NCBI GenBank assembly: GCA_964567665.1
Contig: CAZMNN010000009.1
Span: 902 to 64,901 of the forward strand
Source of the DNA: an uncultured Lentisphaeraceae bacterium
Lineage (GTDB): Bacteria > Verrucomicrobiota > Kiritimatiellia > RFP12 > UBA1067
Reading direction: 5' to 3'
DNA length: 64,000 nucleotides
The position numbers were made by a program, and so were the translations under genes. How positions within the stretch are numbered: position 1 is the first letter of the stretch; each line of letters opens with the position of its first letter. This document shows positions 39,369 to 50,512 of this stretch, piece after piece. Below the pieces are notes generated by a model. It saw nothing but the letters and a program-made list of their open reading frames with translations, did not search any database and was not told the origin of the DNA.

Positions 39369-40418
39369 TTACTTGGAGTATATCACCTGCGGACCGTTGT
39401 TCTTGCGGACGCGGATGACGCCTATCTGATACCACTTCTGGCGGATGTTCTTGAACACCGCCGCCATGCGCTTGAGCGAGGCTTTGGGCATGATGAGCAC
39501 ATAGCCGACACCCATGTTGAACACGCGGTACATCTCGTCGTGATCGACCTTGCCCTGACGCTCGATGAACTTGAAAATCGTCGGCGGATCCCATGTGGAG
39601 CGGTCGATCTCGGCGGTCACGGCCTTGGGCAGCACACGCGGAATGTTGTCCGGGAAGCCGCCGCCCGTGATGTGCGCCATGCCGTTGATCTTGATCTTGT
39701 TGTCAAGAAGCCGCGTGACGGGCTTGAGGAAGCTCTTGTGGACGGTGAGAAGTGCGGAGCCGATCGTCTGGCTGGTGCCGGGGAGCTTGTCGGATGGCGT
39801 CATTCCGCAGATGTCGAAGAACACGCGGCGGGCGAGCGAGAATCCGTTTGTCTGGAGACCGTCGGAGGGCAGACCGATGATGACGTCTCCGGCGCGGATC
39901 GACTGACCGGTGATGACGGCTTTCTTGGAAACAGTGCCGACGATGGTTCCGGTGAGATCGTATTCGCCGGCCGGATACAGGCCGGGAAGTTCAGCCGTTT
40001 CGCCGCCGAGAAGGGCCATCCCGTTCTCCTTGCAGGCCTTGCAGAGGCCGGAGACAATCTGCTGGAACACCGGGCCGTCGAACTTTGACGTTCCCACGTA
40101 GTCCATGAAGAAGAGCGGCCTTGCACCCTGCACAAGGATGTCGTTCACGCAGTGGTTCACGATGTCCTGACCGACGGTGTCGTGCTTCTTCATCATGCAC
40201 GCGATTTTGAGCTTCGTCCCAACGCCGTCCGTGGAAGCGACAAGCATCGGATCCTTCAGTCCCGCGGGAAGCCGGCACAGACCGCCGAACGACCCGATTC
40301 CGCCCGCGACATTGGCTGTCTTCGTTGAGCCTACCATTGTCTTGATGGCTTTCAACGCGGTCATTTTGTTATCGATATTCACGCCGGCGGCGGCGTAGGC
40401 AGATGAGGTTGCGCTCAC
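39369..40418 (-). CDS. purM: phosphoribosylformylglycinamidine cyclo-ligase (AIR synthase)
   Basis: SAYAAAGVNID and DGVGTKL motifs. GTG start at 40418 with AAGGAG 6 nt upstream. The track ORF extends further to 40451. Confidence 0.9.
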   Translation of the reverse strand: MSATSSAYAAAGVNIDNKMTALKAIKTMVGSTKTANVAGGIGSFGGLCRLPAGLKDPMLVASTDGVGTKLKIACMMKKHDTVGQDIVNHCVNDILVQGARPLFFMDYVGTSKFDGPVFQQIVSGLCKACKENGMALLGGETAELPGLYPAGEYDLTGTIVGTVSKKAVITGQSIRAGDVIIGLPSDGLQTNGFSLARRVFFDICGMTPSDKLPGTSQTIGSALLTVHKSFLKPVTRLLDNKIKINGMAHITGGGFPDNIPRVLPKAVTAEIDRSTWDPPTIFKFIERQGKVDHDEMYRVFNMGVGYVLIMPKASLKRMAAVFKNIRQKWYQIGVIRVRKNNGPQVIYSK

Positions 40419-40495
40419 TTGACACTCCTTGTGTGTGAAAAAACGCCACATAGTGTATCATTTTTCGCAATGGATTGCAATGCCATTGTTTTCCA

Positions 40496-40524
40496 TTGAC
40501 AACTTTGCCGTTTTTTCGTATTCT
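40496..40524 (+). promoter_or_regulatory. sigma-70-type promoter for the nusA-infB operon (TTGACA-17-TATTCT)
   Basis: A consensus -35, a 17-nt spacer and a -10 TATTCT lie about 80 nt upstream of the nusA ATG. Confidence 0.45.
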
Positions 40525-40604
40525 ACCGCAGATTTTTTATTGGAGACCAGTAGGGTCTTCATGCAGGAATCGATTTGTTTTTTGACAGACAAGGAGAGTG
40601 AAAA

Positions 40605-41873
40605 ATGGCGGACAACCAGTTGCTGGCGATGGTGAACTACATCGAGCGCGAGAACGGCGTGGATCAGGAGATCGTTCTTGTCGCGATTGAGCAGGCGATT
40701 CAGCAGGCAGCTCGCCGCAACCCTGGCGTCACGAACGATCTGCGCGTATCTATTGACCGCAAGACGATCACTCTCCATGTCTTCGATACGATGGTCGTGT
40801 CCGACGAGGATACCGGAACGGGTTTCATCTCCGTCGCCAAGGCGCGTCGCATCAACCCCGACGTGAATGAGGGTGACACCATAGAGATAGAGCTGCCCGC
40901 TTCGCGTCTTGGACGCATCGTTGCGCAGACGTCGCGCCAGATGATCATGCAGAAGCTGCGCGAGGCCATCCGCTCCAACACGTTCAACGACTTCAAGGGG
41001 CGCATCGGCGAAATCGTCTCCGGCACAGTCACCGGGCTTAACCGTCGCGACATCTACGTGATGGTCGGCAAGACGGAGATGGTGCTCCCGGCCAAGGAGT
41101 GCATCCCCACCGAGGAGTATTCGGTGGGCGATCCGATACGCGCAATCGTGCACCATGTGAAGCAGGATGCGACTGGGCCTGCCGTGACGCTCTCCCGCGC
41201 ATCGGGCGAATTTGTGAGGGCATTGTTCCGCTTGGAGGTATCTGAGATATCGGATGGCGTGGTCGAGATTGTCTCCGTTGCCCGCGACCCCGGCTACCGC
41301 AGCAAGATCTCCGTCAGGACGATGGACGAGAAGGTCGATCCGGTCGGCGCTTGCGTTGGACTGCGCGGTGCGCGTGTCCGCAACATCGTGCGCGAACTGA
41401 GCGGCGAGAAGATAGACATCGTCCGCTGGTCGGATGACGTGAAGAGCTACATCACACAGGCTCTTGCCCCGGCGAAGCTGGAATCCGTGGAGGTCGATCC
41501 GGAGCAGGACAACACGGTTCATGTGACGGTCGCTCCCGATCAGTATTCGCTCGCCATCGGCAAGCGCGGGCAGAACGTGCGACTTTCGACGAAGCTTACC
41601 GGGTGGCACATCGATGTGTCCAAGGCGATGAGCCTTGCGTCGTTCGAGGATCAGAAGGCCGAGGCGATCAAGTCCCTCGCAGATACGTTCTCGATATCCA
41701 CCGCACAGGCCACGCAGCTTGCGGACGCCGGATTCCTTTCGGTTGAGGGGATTCTTGAGACGGACGAGGCGGACTTCGCGGCGGCCACAGGTCTTGACGA
41801 CGTCACGGCAATCGGCATCTACGCCGCAGCGAAGGCGGTGTCCGAGCTGATCGGAGAAGGGGAGGCAGAATGA
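40605..41873 (+). CDS. nusA: transcription termination/antitermination factor NusA
   Basis: NusA N-terminal domain, S1 domain and KH domains. RBS AAGGAGAG. Confidence 0.9.
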   Translation: MADNQLLAMVNYIERENGVDQEIVLVAIEQAIQQAARRNPGVTNDLRVSIDRKTITLHVFDTMVVSDEDTGTGFISVAKARRINPDVNEGDTIEIELPASRLGRIVAQTSRQMIMQKLREAIRSNTFNDFKGRIGEIVSGTVTGLNRRDIYVMVGKTEMVLPAKECIPTEEYSVGDPIRAIVHHVKQDATGPAVTLSRASGEFVRALFRLEVSEISDGVVEIVSVARDPGYRSKISVRTMDEKVDPVGACVGLRGARVRNIVRELSGEKIDIVRWSDDVKSYITQALAPAKLESVEVDPEQDNTVHVTVAPDQYSLAIGKRGQNVRLSTKLTGWHIDVSKAMSLASFEDQKAEAIKSLADTFSISTAQATQLADAGFLSVEGILETDEADFAAATGLDDVTAIGIYAAAKAVSELIGEGEAE

Positions 41874-44485
41874 GAGTATACGAACTTGCCGCAAAGATCG
41901 GCACAACGTCCCTCGCGGTAATGCGCCTTGCCGACGAGAGCGGCGTGGAGGTCTATTCGCCTCTCAGCGCCCTTGAGCCGGATGAGGTTGATGCCGTAAA
42001 CAAGGCCTTTCTCGCCGCCGGCATGGAGAAGATGCGCGAAGATGCAATCTCCGCCCGCGATCGCCGCGCGAACAAGAAGCACAGGGCGCTCAAGGCTGCC
42101 GAGGAGATGAACAGACTCCAGGCCGATGCGCTCGAGGAGAAGCGTCAACGTGCGCTTGCGGCGTACAAGGAGCAGGGCGGCACGATTGTGATGCCCGACA
42201 CCAAGAAGGCTCCCGTCGCCGCCGCCAAGAAGCCGGTACAGGAGGAGATCAAACTTGACCTCCCCGAGGTTCCGAAGGTCAAGATAGACATCTCCGAGCC
42301 TGAAGACGACACCTGCGCCGAAGACGCACCCACCGTCGACGACTTTGAAGACGAGGACGAGGATGACGGGAGCGAGTGGCTTCAGGGGAAGGATCGCAGA
42401 GCGCAGGGTGGCAAGGGCCAGTCTCTGTCGATGAAGAAGCAGCAGACGTTCGACAAGAAGGAAAAAGGCAAGGATTCCAAGGAGAAAGGCAAAGACGCAA
42501 AGAAGGAGGCGGAGAGCAAGCCGGCGCCGAAACCCGTCGCCCCTGCGCCGAAGCCGGCTCCAGCCCCACGTCCGGCGACGCGCGTCGGCGGCATCCGTGC
42601 GGGATTTGCGTCCGTCTCGATGAAGACGGCGAACACGATGAGGATATCTACGGCGCAAGGCAGCGCACCTGTCGTGAAGCCGACGGTCACGATGAGCGTG
42701 AACGTGCGCGAGATATCGATTCGCGGTGCGGTCATCGTAAAGGAGCTGGCCGCCAAGCTGGGCATACGCCCCAACCGTCTCATCGCGGATCTCATGCAGC
42801 TTAAGGTGCTTGCCTCCATCAACCAGCGCGTTGAGCCGGAGATCGCCATCAAGGTGGCGCAGAAGTACGGCTACCGTGTCAACGTTGAACACGCCCGCGA
42901 TGCGGCGAACAAGAAGCCGGTGCTGAAGGCCATCGACGCCGATGACGAGATTCCGCAGGACAAGCCGGAGCAGATGATGCCGCGTCCGCCGGTCGTCACG
43001 TTCCTCGGCCATGTCGACCACGGCAAGACCACTCTCATGGACTACATCCGCCACACGAAGGTCGCCGCAGGTGAGGCCGGCGGAATCACTCAGGCGATCT
43101 CCGCGTATCAGGTGGATGTGCAGGGGCGCAAGATTACGTTCCTCGATACGCCGGGACACGCCGCGTTCAACGCAATGCGCCAGCGCGGTGCGCAGCTTAC
43201 GGACATCGCCGTGATAATCATCGCCGCCGATGACGGCATAATGCCGCAGACGCGTGAGGCGATCAAGTTCGCCCGTCAGGCAGGCGTTCAGATCATGGTG
43301 GCCATCACCAAGTGCGACAAGCCTACGGCGGATGTCATGCGCGTGAAGCAGATGCTCCAGAAGGAAGGGCTTACGCCTGAGGACTGGGGCGGCGACATCG
43401 TGTGCTGCGAGGTTTCCGGAGCCACCGGACAGGGTGTGGATTCATTGCTGGAGATGATTCTGCTTCAGGCCGATATGCTGGAGCTTACGGCGAATCCGTC
43501 TCGCCGTGCGAACGGCTATGTGATCGAGGCCGAGCTTGAGCAGGGCTTCGGCCCGTCTGCCGTCGTGCTTGTGACCGGCGGAACGCTGAATGTCGGCGAT
43601 GCAATCCTCGTCGGAGAGCATTTCGGAAAGGTGCGCTCGCTCATCGACGACCACGGTCGTCGCATAAAGTCCGCACCGCCATCCACACCGGTGAAGTGCA
43701 CCGGTCTTTCCGGAGTTCCGGAGGCGGGCGCCGAGTTCCGCGTGATGCTCAACGAGAAGCGTGCGCGTACGCTTGCGGAGGAGACTGCGCAGCGTCGCAA
43801 GGAGGAGGAGCTTTCGCAGTCCAAGGCCGTATCCCTCGACGATCTTCTTTCGAAGATGGGTGCAGACGGAAAGCGCGAGCTTTCTGTTGTCGTCAAGGCC
43901 GATACGCAGGGTTCGCTTGAGGCCATCGTCGGCGCTCTCCGCGAAATCAAGAGCGAGAAGGTCTCCCTCAAGATCATCGGCACCGGCACGGGCAGCGTGT
44001 CGATGACGGACGTCAAGTCCGCCGCCGCCGGCAAGGCCGTGATCGTCGGCTTCGACATCGGCAACGATTCTGGCGTTCAGGGGCAGGCGCGACATGACGG
44101 CGTGAAGATATCATCCTTCCGCATCATCTACGAGCTGATCGACCATGTGAAGAAGTGCATGCTCGACCTTCTCCCGCCGGAGTACAAGGAGACGGTCAAG
44201 GGTCATGCGGAGATCAAGGCCGTGTACGACATCGGCAAGGTCGGCAAGATCGCCGGTTCGCAGATGCTCGACGGTGTGCTTCTCGCCAACGGACGCTACC
44301 GCATCATTCGCGGCAAGGAGACGATTTGGGACGGCAAGCTCCAGTCACTCAAGCACTTCAAGGATGAGGTCAAGGAAGTAACCGGACAGCAGGAGTGCGG
44401 TGTGCACTTCGTCGGCTTCGAGAAGTTCGCCGAGGGCGATACAATCGAATGCTACACGCTTGAGGAACTTCCCCGCTCGCTGTAA
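41870..44485 (+). CDS. infB: translation initiation factor IF-2
   Basis: [13 protein letters not shown]-domain with a C-terminal beta-barrel. The start overlaps the nusA stop (ATGA). Confidence 0.95.
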   Translation: MRVYELAAKIGTTSLAVMRLADESGVEVYSPLSALEPDEVDAVNKAFLAAGMEKMREDAISARDRRANKKHRALKAAEEMNRLQADALEEKRQRALAAYKEQGGTIVMPDTKKAPVAAAKKPVQEEIKLDLPEVPKVKIDISEPEDDTCAEDAPTVDDFEDEDEDDGSEWLQGKDRRAQGGKGQSLSMKKQQTFDKKEKGKDSKEKGKDAKKEAESKPAPKPVAPAPKPAPAPRPATRVGGIRAGFASVSMKTANTMRISTAQGSAPVVKPTVTMSVNVREISIRGAVIVKELAAKLGIRPNRLIADLMQLKVLASINQRVEPEIAIKVAQKYGYRVNVEHARDAANKKPVLKAIDADDEIPQDKPEQMMPRPPVVTFLGHVDHGKTTLMDYIRHTKVAAGEAGGITQAISAYQVDVQGRKITFLDTPGHAAFNAMRQRGAQLTDIAVIIIAADDGIMPQTREAIKFARQAGVQIMVAITKCDKPTADVMRVKQMLQKEGLTPEDWGGDIVCCEVSGATGQGVDSLLEMILLQADMLELTANPSRRANGYVIEAELEQGFGPSAVVLVTGGTLNVGDAILVGEHFGKVRSLIDDHGRRIKSAPPSTPVKCTGLSGVPEAGAEFRVMLNEKRARTLAEETAQRRKEEELSQSKAVSLDDLLSKMGADGKRELSVVVKADTQGSLEAIVGALREIKSEKVSLKIIGTGTGSVSMTDVKSAAAGKAVIVGFDIGNDSGVQGQARHDGVKISSFRIIYELIDHVKKCMLDLLPPEYKETVKGHAEIKAVYDIGKVGKIAGSQMLDGVLLANGRYRIIRGKETIWDGKLQSLKHFKDEVKEVTGQQECGVHFVGFEKFAEGDTIECYTLEELPRSL

Positions 44486-44506
44486 ACCGACTGTGAAGGT
44501 GTCTGA

Positions 44507-44875
44507 ATGGCGGTAGACAGGATAGAGAGAATCGATTCGCTGCTCAAGCGCGTCATCGGCGATGCGATGTTCCGCGTGATGCAGACGGACGACATCGGGG
44601 CGGGGCTTGTCACGGTGACATCCGTGCAGTGTGCGAGGAATCTCCGAAACGCCACGGTTAGGGTGAGCGTGTTCGGGGAACCAGAAGTGCAGCAGCGGGC
44701 GCTTCACCATCTTGTGCACCACGCGCACGATTTCGAGCGGGCAATCAACCGCGAGGTGCGGATGAAGTTCACTCCACAGCTTCGCTTTGTGCTTGACCAC
44801 TCCATCGAGAAGGGCGACGCCGTGCTCGCCATGATCGACAGGCTTCCCGGCGCGAACGATGGCGAACATAGCTAA
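44507..44875 (+). CDS. rbfA: ribosome-binding factor A
   Basis: 122 aa in the conserved position after infB, with an RbfA-like KH fold sequence. Confidence 0.85.
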   Translation: MAVDRIERIDSLLKRVIGDAMFRVMQTDDIGAGLVTVTSVQCARNLRNATVRVSVFGEPEVQQRALHHLVHHAHDFERAINREVRMKFTPQLRFVLDHSIEKGDAVLAMIDRLPGANDGEHS

Positions 44876-45587
44876 CATAGCCATGCTGGCCGAGCTTGAC
44901 GGGGCGGTTCTTGTGGACAAGCCCGTCGGGATTTCGTCGCACGACATAATGAAGGCGGTGAAGACGCGCTTCAACCTCGTGAAGGTCGGACATGGCGGAA
45001 CGCTCGATGTCACTGCGACCGGGCTTTTCATCCTGCTGCTCGGCGATGCCACACGGTTCTCGAACGAGCTGATGGGCGGCGACCGGGCGTATGACGTCAC
45101 GCTCACCTTGGGACGCGAGACCGATACGTGCGACCGCGCCGGAAACTTGCTGCGCGAGGCGTCGTTTTCCGATGTGACGCGGGAGCGGTTCGATGCGGAG
45201 CTGAAGGAGCTGCGCGGGGACATCTACCAGTCGCCGCCGGAGTTTTCCGCCGTAAAGATTCCCGGAAGGCAGGGCTATGAGATTGTTCGCACGGCCGAGG
45301 GTGATGCGCTTCGCGAAAGGCTTGTGCACGTGTACAAGTATGATGTGCGCGAGTTTGCGCCGCCTTCCGTCGCTCTCTCCGTGGTGGCGACAAAAGGCGT
45401 GTCGGTGCGTTCCGTCGCCCGCGATCTCGGTCGCGCCCTGGGCTGCGGCGCATTGGTGGAGTCCTGCCGCCGCACAAGGTGCGGGCGTCTCTCCGTGGAT
45501 GGCGCAATTCCGTTCATGAAGCTGATGGAGCTTCATCCTGCCGATCTCGCCTCTGCCGTCATTCCGAAGAACAGGATTCTCGCGTGA
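44859..45587 (+). CDS. truB: tRNA pseudouridine(55) synthase
   Basis: VLVDKPVGISSHD and GHGGTLD motifs. The alternative start at 44883 would remove the overlap with rbfA. Confidence 0.85.
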   Translation: MANIANIAMLAELDGAVLVDKPVGISSHDIMKAVKTRFNLVKVGHGGTLDVTATGLFILLLGDATRFSNELMGGDRAYDVTLTLGRETDTCDRAGNLLREASFSDVTRERFDAELKELRGDIYQSPPEFSAVKIPGRQGYEIVRTAEGDALRERLVHVYKYDVREFAPPSVALSVVATKGVSVRSVARDLGRALGCGALVESCRRTRCGRLSVDGAIPFMKLMELHPADLASAVIPKNRILA

Positions 45588-46444
45588 ACCTTGCCGTCGG
45601 CTTTTTCGATGGCGTCCATGCCGGACACCAGCGGATTCTTGACGGCGCCGATTCCGTGTTCACGTTCATCAACCATCCGGACACGGTGCTTGACCCGGAT
45701 AACGCGCCGCCGCTTCTGATGGATCTCGACGAACGCATCAGATGCCTTGAAACGGCCGGGCTTCACGGCAGCGTCCCGCGCAAGGTGTTCGCCGTGGAGT
45801 TTACCCGCGATCTTGCCCAATGCCCCCCTCTGCGGTTCGCCGAACTCCTGCGCAGTGAACACCCTTCGCTCTCCCGCATACACTGCGGCGCAAACTGGCG
45901 TTTTGGTGCAAGAGGCGCAGGGACGCCGGAGACTCTGCGCGGCATGGGGTTCGACGTGAAGGTTGTTCCGTACGCAACATACAGAGGCGAGCGGATATCA
46001 TCTACACGCATACGCGAAACGCTGATGAATGGATGCGTGGAGGACGCCAACGCAATGCTTGGACGCCGTTTCTCGGTGACGGGGCGCGTATTCAGAGGAA
46101 AGGGCGTCGCCCACGGGCTTGGCGTCGCCACGGTCAATGTCGCCGTTTCGGCACCTTTGCGGCTGGGCGTGTATGCCGTAGGCACTTCGTTGGGATATGG
46201 CGTGGCGAACTACGGTGTGGCGCCGACGATGGGCGCCGATGCGTGGACTGCGCCGGTTCTTGAGATACATCTTCTCGACACCGGACGGACTGCGGAGTTC
46301 TCCGTTCCGCAGGTGTTGCGCACCGAATTTCATTCGTTCATCCGTCCGGAGATGAAATTTGCGTCCGTTTCCGCCCTGAAGTGCCAGATGGCGGAAGATG
46401 TCGCCGCCGTCCGCCGCATTTTCCGGCAGGGGAATCCTGATTGA
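45584..46444 (+). CDS. ribF: bifunctional riboflavin kinase / FAD synthetase
   Basis: GFFDGVHAGHQ nucleotidyltransferase motif and a C-terminal riboflavin-kinase domain. The GTG overlaps the truB stop (GTGA). Confidence 0.85.
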   Translation: MNLAVGFFDGVHAGHQRILDGADSVFTFINHPDTVLDPDNAPPLLMDLDERIRCLETAGLHGSVPRKVFAVEFTRDLAQCPPLRFAELLRSEHPSLSRIHCGANWRFGARGAGTPETLRGMGFDVKVVPYATYRGERISSTRIRETLMNGCVEDANAMLGRRFSVTGRVFRGKGVAHGLGVATVNVAVSAPLRLGVYAVGTSLGYGVANYGVAPTMGADAWTAPVLEIHLLDTGRTAEFSVPQVLRTEFHSFIRPEMKFASVSALKCQMAEDVAAVRRIFRQGNPD

Positions 46445-46462
46445 CCTGCGGAACGCCGGCGA

Positions 46463-47053
46463 TCAGGCGACGAAGTCGGAAATCACCGCTCCGAAGCGGC
46501 GCTTTGCGCGTGTAGGGTCTTTCTCCACGCCGAGCATCACGCGCAGGGCAACGGACTCCATAAGCGCATAGAGCGCTTCGGTGGCGGCTTCGGGATCGAC
46601 GTTGCGGCGGAACTCTCCGGTAGAGACGCCTTCCTTGACGAGATTGCGCAGGGCAACCTTGAACCCGCCCGTGAACTGCTCTATCCTCTCCGCCATGTCA
46701 TGTCCGGAGCGGGCCATGGAGAAGACGAACTCATATATGGCCGAGAAGAACTCCTTCTTGCCGTACATCGCGTCGATGACGGTTGAGCAGGATGCCTCCA
46801 TGCGCTTCGCGGCCGATGCATCCATGGCGGCGATCCTGCCAAGCTCGAACCTTATCCCTGACGTGATCGCATGGATGGCTTCGTCGAATATCTCCCGCTT
46901 CGTCTTGAAGTAGCGGTAGAGCGCAGTGCGGGCAAGCCCAGTGGATTTCGAGATGTCGAGAAACGAAACCTTCGCGAATCCCATGCTGGCGAAAAGCCGC
47001 ATTGCATTCGCGACTATGAGCCGCCGCCGTTCCTTGTGGTCTACCGTTGCCAT
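46463..47053 (-). CDS. TetR/AcrR-family transcriptional regulator, probably leaderless
   Basis: The HTH FAKVSFLDISKSTGLARTALYRYF. The ATG at 47053 lies immediately downstream of a TGGTATAAT element. Confidence 0.8.
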   Translation of the reverse strand: MATVDHKERRRLIVANAMRLFASMGFAKVSFLDISKSTGLARTALYRYFKTKREIFDEAIHAITSGIRFELGRIAAMDASAAKRMEASCSTVIDAMYGKKEFFSAIYEFVFSMARSGHDMAERIEQFTGGFKVALRNLVKEGVSTGEFRRNVDPEAATEALYALMESVALRVMLGVEKDPTRAKRRFGAVISDFVA

Positions 47054-47063
47054 GTGGCCGAGC

Positions 47064-47072
47064 ATTATACCA
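47064..47072 (-). promoter_or_regulatory. extended -10 (TGgTATAAT, minus strand) driving leaderless tetR
   Basis: Minus-strand sequence CATGTGGTATAATGCTCGGCCACATGGCA. The -10 ends 11 nt before the ATG at 47053. Confidence 0.4.
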
Positions 47073-47089
47073 CATGGCGCAAGAGTCCA

Positions 47090-48652
47090 TCATTCCCACT
47101 CGATTGTGGCGGGCGGTTTGGACGATATGTCGTACACCACGCGGTTGATGCCGCGCACCTCGTTGATGATCCTGTTCGACATAGTTGCGAGCGTATCGTA
47201 CGGCAGACGCGTCCAATCCGCCGTCATGGCGTCGATCGAGTTCACCGAGCGGATTGCGCAGGTGTACTCGTACGTGCGCTGGTCGCCCATCACGCCGACG
47301 GATCGGCAGGGCAGCAGCACCGCGAACGTCTGCCATATCGTCTTGTAGTCAGGAAGCTTGCGCACCTCCTCCTGAACCCGGAGATCCGCGAGCTGCAGAA
47401 TCTTGACCTTCTCTTCGGTCACTTCGCCCAGTATCCGTACGCCGAGACCCGGGCCTGGGAACGGCTGCCTGTCGAGAAGTTCGTCCGCCATGCCCATCAC
47501 CCTGCCGACGGCGCGAACCTCGTCCTTGAAAAGCTCCTTCAGCGGCTCGACCAGCTCGAACTTCAGGTCTGGCGGAAGCCCGCCTACGTTATGATGGCTC
47601 TTTATCGTGTGTGACGGGCCTTTGACGGGAGAGCGGCTCTCTATCACGTCCGGATATATCGTACCCTGGGCAAGGTAGCGGCAATGGCGGTAGCGGCGGG
47701 CCTCTTCGGCGAACACGTCGATGAACAGCTTTCCGATGGTCTTCCGTTTCGCCTCAGGTTCATCGATGCCTTTCAGCGCGGCGTAGAACCGCGGCGCCGC
47801 GCGTGCGATGGTGAGGTCGAGACCGATGTTCTTCCTGAACATCTCCTCCACCTGCTCCGGCTCGCGGTAGCGTCCGAGACCGTTGTCCACATAGATGCAG
47901 TGCAGTCTCTTTCCTATCGCCTTGTTGAGCAGCACGGCGACGACCGACGAATCTACGCCGCCGGAGAGGCCGAGTATCACCTCGTCGTCGCCGATCTGCC
48001 GTCTCAGGCGTTCGACGGTGGATTCGACCCAGCCGCCGAGATTCCAGTCCCGACTTGCGCCGCAGATCCGCAGTGTGAAGTTTTCGAGAATCTGCGTTCC
48101 GTACTGGGTGTGGACAACCTCAGGATGGAACTGGAGCGCATACATGCGCCTGTCGTTGTTGAACATGGCGGCGAACGGACACGTCGCCGACACCGCTCCA
48201 CGCTCAAAGTTCGCCGGGATGGCCTCAACCCTGTCGCCGTGGCTCATCCACACCGTGATTGTTCCGGGGATGCCCTCAAAGAGCGGATTGCCCGGCATGA
48301 CCTCTATCGTCATCTTGCCGTATTCGCGCTCCACGCCCGGCGCCACCTTGCCGCCGAGTTTCTGGCTCATGAGCTGCATCCCGTAGCATATGCCAAGCAC
48401 CGGCACCCCCAGCTCGAATATCTCAGGGTCGACGGTCGGCGCACCGTCCTCGAACACGCTGTTCGGGCCTCCGGAGAGGATTACGCCTATCGGCGGATTT
48501 TCGCGCAGGCTTTCCGCCGTAGTGCGGCAGCTCACGATTTCAGAGTATACGGACATCTCGCGTATGCGTCTCGCTATGAGCTGCGTATACTGCGATCCGT
48601 AGTCGAGGATCGCAATCCATTCGCGTCCTCCTTCGGGTATCTCCTTTTCCAT
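47090..48652 (-). CDS. guaA: glutamine-hydrolysing GMP synthase
   Basis: Aligns end to end with E. coli GuaA (GATase, SGGVDSSV PP-loop, and the C-terminal ...PPATIEWE). Start MEKEIPE, with GAAAGGA 8 nt upstream. Confidence 0.95.
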   Translation of the reverse strand: MEKEIPEGGREWIAILDYGSQYTQLIARRIREMSVYSEIVSCRTTAESLRENPPIGVILSGGPNSVFEDGAPTVDPEIFELGVPVLGICYGMQLMSQKLGGKVAPGVEREYGKMTIEVMPGNPLFEGIPGTITVWMSHGDRVEAIPANFERGAVSATCPFAAMFNNDRRMYALQFHPEVVHTQYGTQILENFTLRICGASRDWNLGGWVESTVERLRRQIGDDEVILGLSGGVDSSVVAVLLNKAIGKRLHCIYVDNGLGRYREPEQVEEMFRKNIGLDLTIARAAPRFYAALKGIDEPEAKRKTIGKLFIDVFAEEARRYRHCRYLAQGTIYPDVIESRSPVKGPSHTIKSHHNVGGLPPDLKFELVEPLKELFKDEVRAVGRVMGMADELLDRQPFPGPGLGVRILGEVTEEKVKILQLADLRVQEEVRKLPDYKTIWQTFAVLLPCRSVGVMGDQRTYEYTCAIRSVNSIDAMTADWTRLPYDTLATMSNRIINEVRGINRVVYDISSKPPATIEWE

Positions 48653-48695
48653 GACCGTCATCCTTTCAAACGCTCTGCCGCACAGTTCCGTGCGG

Positions 48696-50228
48696 CTATA
48701 TCCTGTCGGCAATGCCGAGTTTCGAGAGCCTGTAGTTCATCATGCGAGGGCTTACGCCAAGCTGCCGTCCGGCGGCGCTGCGGTTGCCGTCATTGCGGCG
48801 TATCGCCTCCTGGAGGACCCGTCTCTCGTACGCCGCCAGCTTCTCCGCCAGCGTTTCGCTTTCCCCGCTCTCCTTGCCGAACGGCGACTCCGCATACTCG
48901 TCGGACTGAAGCTGGGGCGGCAGGTTGTATCCGTGTATCGTGTCGTCCGTCGCGGTAAGCACTGCGCGTTCGATGCAGTTCTCCAGCTCACGCACGTTCC
49001 CCGGCCATTTCCAGGCGAGCAGCATGTTCACGGCGGGTTCGGAGAGCTTCGTGACCTTCTTCCCGTACTTGAGGCTCATCCTTCCCATGAAGTGCTCCGC
49101 AAGAAGCAGCAGGTCGCCCGTTCGCGACGCCAGATCCGGCATTGATATCGGGAACACGGAAAGCCGGTAGTACAGGTCTTCGCGGAAGCGTCCTTCAAGC
49201 ATCATCTTCTCAAGGTTACGGCTTGTCGCCGCGATGAACCGCACATCCGAGCGGATTTCGTCGTTGGATCCTATGCGCGAGAACGTCCTCTCCTGGAGAA
49301 AGCGCAGAAGCTTGACCTGCAGCGGAACGGAAAGGTCGCCAATCTCGTCGAGGAACAGTGTGCCGCCGTTCGCCGCCTCCGCACGGCCTATCCGGCGTTC
49401 ACGGGCGTCCGTGAACGCTCCCTTTTCGTGTCCGAACAGCTCCGATTCGACAAGCGCCTCCGGAAGGGCGGCGCAGTTCAGGGTGATGAACGGCCTGTCC
49501 TTGCGCTGCGACAGCTTCTGTATGGCTCTCGCCACAAGCTCCTTGCCCGTTCCGCTCGCTCCGCGTATCAGCACGGTGGCGTCCGATGGGGCGACCTGTC
49601 GTATCTGCTCGTACACGGCCCGCATTTCGCGGCAGTTGCCGATGATGTCTCCCGGCGTCTCGGTGAGCAGTCCACGCAGTTCGCGGTTCTCCGTCTCAAG
49701 CTTTTCGCGCTCTTCGCGCTCCTTCAGGCACACGCCGGCCGCATCGGCCGTGATGTTGGCGATTATCTGCAGAAGGGCGACGTCGCGGTTGAACGAATCC
49801 GCCGTTCCCTCCGGCGGATTCGAGCGGTCTATCGAAAGCGTTCCGATCACCTGGCCGAGATGCACAAGCGGTACGCATACGAACGCGATCGATTCCTTTC
49901 CGCTGCGCGCCCCCGTGCGGTTGAGAAAACGCCGATCCCGGCGGATGTCCGGCACGACTTCGGCGCGTCCTGTCTTCGCCACGATGCCGGTGATTCCCTC
50001 GCCGAGCCTGTAGTGTCCGTGTGCCTTGGCCGTCTCGCCAAGTCCGCGTGACGCCTCGATTGAGACTTCGTCGCCGTCCAGCAGCGTGAATGTGCCGCGA
50101 AGCGTACCCATCCGCACCTCAAGTATCTCGAGTACCTTTTCAAGGATGTCGCGCACGTTCCTCTCGCAGACGAGAACGGAACTGATCTCTTTCAATACAT
50201 CTATTTCCGGCGGCAACTTCGCTTTCAT
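48696..50228 (-). CDS. sigma-54-dependent transcriptional activator, NifA-like (GAF - AAA+ - Fis HTH, no receiver domain)
   Basis: N-terminal GAF domain. Central GASGTGKE Walker A and the ESELFGHEKGAFTDA (GAFTGA) motif. C-terminal HTH AGRQLGVSPRMMNYRLSKLGI. Confidence 0.85.
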   Translation of the reverse strand: MKAKLPPEIDVLKEISSVLVCERNVRDILEKVLEILEVRMGTLRGTFTLLDGDEVSIEASRGLGETAKAHGHYRLGEGITGIVAKTGRAEVVPDIRRDRRFLNRTGARSGKESIAFVCVPLVHLGQVIGTLSIDRSNPPEGTADSFNRDVALLQIIANITADAAGVCLKEREEREKLETENRELRGLLTETPGDIIGNCREMRAVYEQIRQVAPSDATVLIRGASGTGKELVARAIQKLSQRKDRPFITLNCAALPEALVESELFGHEKGAFTDARERRIGRAEAANGGTLFLDEIGDLSVPLQVKLLRFLQERTFSRIGSNDEIRSDVRFIAATSRNLEKMMLEGRFREDLYYRLSVFPISMPDLASRTGDLLLLAEHFMGRMSLKYGKKVTKLSEPAVNMLLAWKWPGNVRELENCIERAVLTATDDTIHGYNLPPQLQSDEYAESPFGKESGESETLAEKLAAYERRVLQEAIRRNDGNRSAAGRQLGVSPRMMNYRLSKLGIADRI

Positions 50229-50512
50229 GGGGGCAATATTTTATCAATTCTCAAGATGCCGGTCAATGCGCCGCCCCAGAACAGACATTTTCGCGCAAAA
50301 GTGCGCGTATGCTGCATGATTCCGGCATGAAATGCGACATTACGGCGCAATATTTCAAATCTGAAAAAATGTGCATAAAAAAAAACGATATTGCGCAGTT
50401 ATGGCGTTTGTGATATCTTACTTAAGCGATGTGTGGAGTGGGTGTCGGGGCTGTGGAATCTGAAGGCGATTCAGACGCTGCGCCGTGACGGAAATCAATC
50501 GTAAAACGAAAG